A DNA stretch of 64,000 nucleotides. Origin: an uncultured Planctomycetota bacterium (GTDB lineage Bacteria > Planctomycetota > Phycisphaerae > Tepidisphaerales > Tepidisphaeraceae). The stretch's first letter is position 1; each line of letters starts with the position of its first letter. Below the pieces are notes generated by a model that was not told the origin of the DNA, ran no database searches, and saw only the letters and a list, made by a program, of their open reading frames with translations. The position numbers and the translations under genes are program-made. The stretch lies in contig CAWJEN010000006.1 of NCBI GenBank assembly GCA_963841915.1, positions 256,001-320,000 on the forward strand, in the 5' to 3' direction. This document shows positions 60,508-64,000 of this stretch, piece by piece.

Positions 60508-61794
60508 TCAACCACGGAGCAGCGGCGGTGCTTCCCAATTGCCGCCGAGGATGGTCGCAACGGTCTTGGGATCGCAGTCGAGCCACTGGTTCAGAACGCT
60601 CGCGTAGCACGTGCGGAAGTCGGTCGTGTACTTGAGGTCGCCCGCGTCGAGGTCGATCAGCGACGGGTGCGTGCCGAGCAGGCCTGGCTGGGCGAGTCGG
60701 TCGCTGACGAAGAACATCGGGGCGGCGGCGCCGTGATCGGTGCCGCCCGAGGCATTTTGCTTGACCCGGCGGCCGAACTCGCTGAACGTCATGACAGCCA
60801 CACGATCGCTGTTGCCCTGATGCCGCAGGTCGGCCATGAGGGCATCGATGCCGGTGGCGAGTTCGGTCATCAGGCGGTTGTGCTTCGCCTGCTGGCCGGC
60901 GTGCGTGTCGAATCCGCCGAGGCTGACGTAGTAGACGCGGGTGGGCAGTCCGCCGCGGATCATGGCGGCCGTCGTGCGCAGCGCGTCGCCGAACTTGCCA
61001 CGCGGGTAGTCCTTTGGCGGCACGTGACCGTTGATGGCTGCCAGCACCTTGTCGCTGCTGACGCGGGCGTCCATCGCCGTGCGGGTCAGGAACTCCATCT
61101 CTTTGCCGTGCTCGCCGCCGAGGTGCAACGCCGCCATCGCGTCGGCGTCGCCGCCCTTGTACCGATAGTCGGCCGGGCTCTCGAAGCTCAGCGGCATGAC
61201 CAGGTCGCCTTGCATCGCCAATTGATTGTCTTCGCCGAGACTCACGCCCATCTGTGGGTCGGCGGCGACCGCGGCGTCGACAGCGTTGCCCTTCGGGTCG
61301 CTGCCGGCGCACTGGGCATCAAAGTAGCGGCCGAGCCAGCCGCTGCGCAGCGCTTCGCCGCCCGTGTCGGCACTGTGCCAGACATCCATCGACTGGAAGT
61401 GGCTGCGATTCGGGTTCGGGTAACCCACGCCCTGCACGATGCTCATGCGGCCTTCGTCGAAGAGGCCTTTGATCGGCGACAATGCCGGGTGCAGGCCGAT
61501 GTGGCCGTCGATCTTGAGCACGTCGTCGCCACCGAATCGGATCATCGGCCGGGCCGCGTGGTAGGCGTCGTCGGCGTAAGGAACGACGGTGTTGAGGCCG
61601 TCGTTTCCGCCTGAAAGCTGAACAACGATGAGGATTTTACCATCCGTGCCGCTATCTGGCTGCGTGCTTTTAACGTCGAGCGGATCGCCGACGGCAAAGG
61701 CGGTGCGGCTGACAAACGACGGCACGCTCGCCCCGGCGGCGACCATCGTTAGGCCCTTCGTCAGGAAAGCACGGCGGGTGGTGGGCGTGGGCAT
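60508..61794 (-). CDS. DUF1501 family protein with a Tat signal
   Basis: TRRAFL, GGNDGLNT, RSHF, GGFDTH, SEFGRR, GTDHG and DFR motifs. Confidence 0.92.
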   Translation of the reverse strand: MPTPTTRRAFLTKGLTMVAAGASVPSFVSRTAFAVGDPLDVKSTQPDSGTDGKILIVVQLSGGNDGLNTVVPYADDAYHAARPMIRFGGDDVLKIDGHIGLHPALSPIKGLFDEGRMSIVQGVGYPNPNRSHFQSMDVWHSADTGGEALRSGWLGRYFDAQCAGSDPKGNAVDAAVAADPQMGVSLGEDNQLAMQGDLVMPLSFESPADYRYKGGDADAMAALHLGGEHGKEMEFLTRTAMDARVSSDKVLAAINGHVPPKDYPRGKFGDALRTTAAMIRGGLPTRVYYVSLGGFDTHAGQQAKHNRLMTELATGIDALMADLRHQGNSDRVAVMTFSEFGRRVKQNASGGTDHGAAAPMFFVSDRLAQPGLLGTHPSLIDLDAGDLKYTTDFRTCYASVLNQWLDCDPKTVATILGGNWEAPPLLRG

Positions 61795-61804
61795 GGTCGG
61801 TGGT

Positions 61805-61892
61805 GAAAAGAAACGAGTGATAAGGAAACGAGTGCAGAAGGACAGCGGAGCGGGAACTTGCTCGTTCCTCGGTCCTTACTCCTCGTTGCTCG
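61805..61892. repeat. Inverted degenerate heptamer repeats (NAACGAG / CTCGTTN)
   Basis: AAACGAG...GAAACGAG on the left; CTCGTTC CTCGGTC CTTACTC CTCGTTG on the right. Confidence 0.55.
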
Positions 61893-63344
61893 CTAGCAGA
61901 GCTGATACTCCGGCATGGAGACCATCAGCTTCACCGCCGACCGCAGGCCGCCGGGTTGGCTGACGGTGGCGACGAGGCGGCGTCGCTTCGTCGCGTCAAC
62001 GGCTCGTGGGATCAGACGGTCGAGCCAGTAGTCGACAGAGGCGTCGGGCGAGCCTTTGCCTTGCGGGTCGGCATCGGCGGCGACCTCGCTGGCGAAGTTG
62101 TACCGCGCCAGCAGCGTGGCCGTGTTGATCCAACGCCGGCCGTCGAACTGGCCCGGCCAGCCTTTGACGTTCGGCGGAGCGAACGGCACCTGGCCCAGCT
62201 TCTCGAGTTGACGATTGATCTGCGTCGCACCAGGCACTTGAACAGCAAGCAAGCGGTGCGTGCCGGCCAGCAGTTGCACCGGGCTCTTAATGCGGTTGCC
62301 GATGTTGGCACTGTCGTAGAACGCGCGGCTGCGAAGAATCGTGCGAAGCAGCGGCCGAAGCTCGAAGTTGGCGTTGACGAGCACGCGTGCCAGCGACGCC
62401 ACAACGGCTTCGTCGGGCGCTTCGCCCACGAAGTAGTGATACAACCGTCCGCTGACGTAGGGCCCGCAGGCCGGGTGCTGGGCGAGCAGCGCGATGACTT
62501 CGTCACCGCCCATGTTGCCGGTCACGCCGAAGACGGACTTTTCGCCGTCGTCATGGAAATCGGGGCGGAAGCGGAACTCAACGCCGTCGTGACCCCAGCC
62601 GGTGAAGGCGCGGGCGACTTCTTTGATGTCACGTTCGCTGTAGTTGCCGACACCGAGCGTGAAGAGCTCCATGAGCTCGCGGGCGTAGTTCTCGTTGGGG
62701 CTGTTTTTGTTGTTGCGGTCGTTGTTGAGGTACTTCAGCATCGCCGGGTCGCGGCTGACCCGCCTGACGAGCTCGATGAAGTTGCCTGCCGCGTGGCGAC
62801 GCAGCAGCTCGTTCTGGTTCCACAGCCGCCACGAGCCGTCACGGTCGTCGCGGAAGGAGCTGGTGAAGTGGCCGGCCCAGAAGAGCGTGAGCTTTTCCTG
62901 GAGCGGGTACGGCCCGTCTGCCATACGGCGGATCCACCACTGTTGGCACTCGGCAATGTGCTGACGGCTGGCGCGGGTCCACGCTTGCCGCAGCAGCTGC
63001 ATCGCCGTCCGCGTGTCCTGATCATTCCCGCCGGCCTGCTGACGGGCCTCGGTCATGGCTTGGCGGCGTTCGATGTCGTTCCGCGGCACATCTGTCAACG
63101 ACGACTCGTCGGGGACGTCGTTGGCGTTCATCTCCACTGCCGAGGCGTCGGGAAAATCGAGCAGGATGTCCGCCGCCCTGTCGGGGCCGATCTCGACCAA
63201 CGCATCCAGCTCGTCAGGTGTGCCCCCGAACGCCGCCCGGTTCATGAGGTGCCCGGCTCTGAAGCGATCGAATGGCTCATCGGGCGTGGGCTCCCACGGT
63301 GCCAGTGACGGGTGCAACTCGCGGTCGTAGGTGGGTTCAGCCAT
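61893..63344 (-). CDS. DUF1800 family protein
   Basis: HL..RA.FG, EKLTLFW..HF, PNENYARELMELFTLG, ARAFTGW, KSP and PPNVKGW motifs. Confidence 0.93.
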   Translation of the reverse strand: MAEPTYDRELHPSLAPWEPTPDEPFDRFRAGHLMNRAAFGGTPDELDALVEIGPDRAADILLDFPDASAVEMNANDVPDESSLTDVPRNDIERRQAMTEARQQAGGNDQDTRTAMQLLRQAWTRASRQHIAECQQWWIRRMADGPYPLQEKLTLFWAGHFTSSFRDDRDGSWRLWNQNELLRRHAAGNFIELVRRVSRDPAMLKYLNNDRNNKNSPNENYARELMELFTLGVGNYSERDIKEVARAFTGWGHDGVEFRFRPDFHDDGEKSVFGVTGNMGGDEVIALLAQHPACGPYVSGRLYHYFVGEAPDEAVVASLARVLVNANFELRPLLRTILRSRAFYDSANIGNRIKSPVQLLAGTHRLLAVQVPGATQINRQLEKLGQVPFAPPNVKGWPGQFDGRRWINTATLLARYNFASEVAADADPQGKGSPDASVDYWLDRLIPRAVDATKRRRLVATVSQPGGLRSAVKLMVSMPEYQLC

Positions 63345-63481
63345 GGGAGCTCCTCGCAGTCGTATCGACACAACGCCGCCGACGGCGATGGTATTGCGGC
63401 ATACGTGAGCTGGTGCTTCACAACGTCACAGAGCGCATGAGCCATGACCTCGAACCGTGACTCGAGACGGAGGCCCCACGC

Positions 63482-63516
63482 AAAGCGGCCCGCCCCCGGA
63501 TCGGAGGCGGGCCGCT
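63482..63516 (-). terminator. Terminator of the PEP-CTERM gene
   Basis: AGCGGCCCGCC...GGCGGGCCGCT stem with TT on the minus strand. Confidence 0.65.
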
Positions 63517-63540
63517 GATGGCGATGACGACGGTGTGACC

Positions 63541-64000
63541 TCAGGCCCGCCGACGCCGCAAGCCGACGAGGCCGAGCAAGCCGAGGCCCCCAGCGGCGAG
63601 GGGTTCGGGGATGACGGTCACGTCACCCGTCACTGATATGTTGTCGATACGAAGGGTGCCACTGCTGCCAGAAGCACCGGACCCACCAATGAAGAAGGTG
63701 GTTGCCCCAGTCACATCATCGACGGACGTGATGTCGATCGTGAAAGGTGTTGAACCGAAGGAAGTTCCATTCGACACGGAGCCGAAGCTCGTTCCCCCGA
63801 CAACTATTGGGGAAGAAGTCGGCCCCGTATCTGAACGGCGACTCACGAAGCTGAATTCTGTGAAGTCAACCTCGAAGCCGCTCTCCGGGGTGATGATGAA
63901 GGAAAAACCTTGCCCTGCCGTCGTGAAGCCGTTCGTTGCTATCGCGTCACCGCTTGCCCCACCAAAGAAGCTGACATTGCCGTCGGTGACAGTCACATCA
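63541..64000 (-). CDS. PEP-CTERM protein, 5' end outside window
   Basis: GTLRIDN...IPEP-TM-RRRRA. Confidence 0.85.
   Translation of the reverse strand, partial: DVTVTDGNVSFFGGASGDAIATNGFTTAGQGFSFIITPESGFEVDFTEFSFVSRRSDTGPTSSPIVVGGTSFGSVSNGTSFGSTPFTIDITSVDDVTGATTFFIGGSGASGSSGTLRIDNISVTGDVTVIPEPLAAGGLGLLGLVGLRRRRA

Overview
High-GC bacterial chromosome segment, most likely Planctomycetota (inferred from a TIGR02999-type ECF sigma factor next to a Ser/Thr kinase, LExRxLL leaders with dockerin-like tails, PEP-CTERM proteins and a DUF1800/DUF1501 pair). 1-21.6 kb is an accessory region: an ECF/kinase module surrounded by surface-protein genes, a decayed AIPR gene, an alpha-amylase and a REP-punctuated run of single genes, ending at tRNA-Pro(GGG). 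21.8-32.3 kb is core (purD, ArnT-like, pdxH, Rrf2, dsbD, hinT, tRNA-Lys). 32.3-45.8 kb is a 13.4-kb decaying element integrated in tRNA-Lys(CTT), with 45-bp att repeats, an integrase whose catalytic Tyr codon is now TAA, xis, umuDC, a primase-polymerase and a large lipase/dockerin cargo gene. 45.8-64 kb is core (O-antigen ligase, wzc, three parS sites, holB, ccsA/resB, rtcB, DUF1501/1800, PEP-CTERM genes). The most interesting unannotated signals are: one-gene-per-interval REP/REPIN cassettes, including a REP with a compensatory base-pair change; a 10 x 21-bp phased degenerate array; a REPIN-like element inserted in frame inside the ArnT gene; a candidate ~110-nt sRNA with an anti-SD seed; a shared ECF promoter motif (TGAWCC-N17-CGCT); and a leader-peptide attenuator upstream of rtcB. 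I saw no CRISPR array or rRNA. All calls were made by eye, without database searches.
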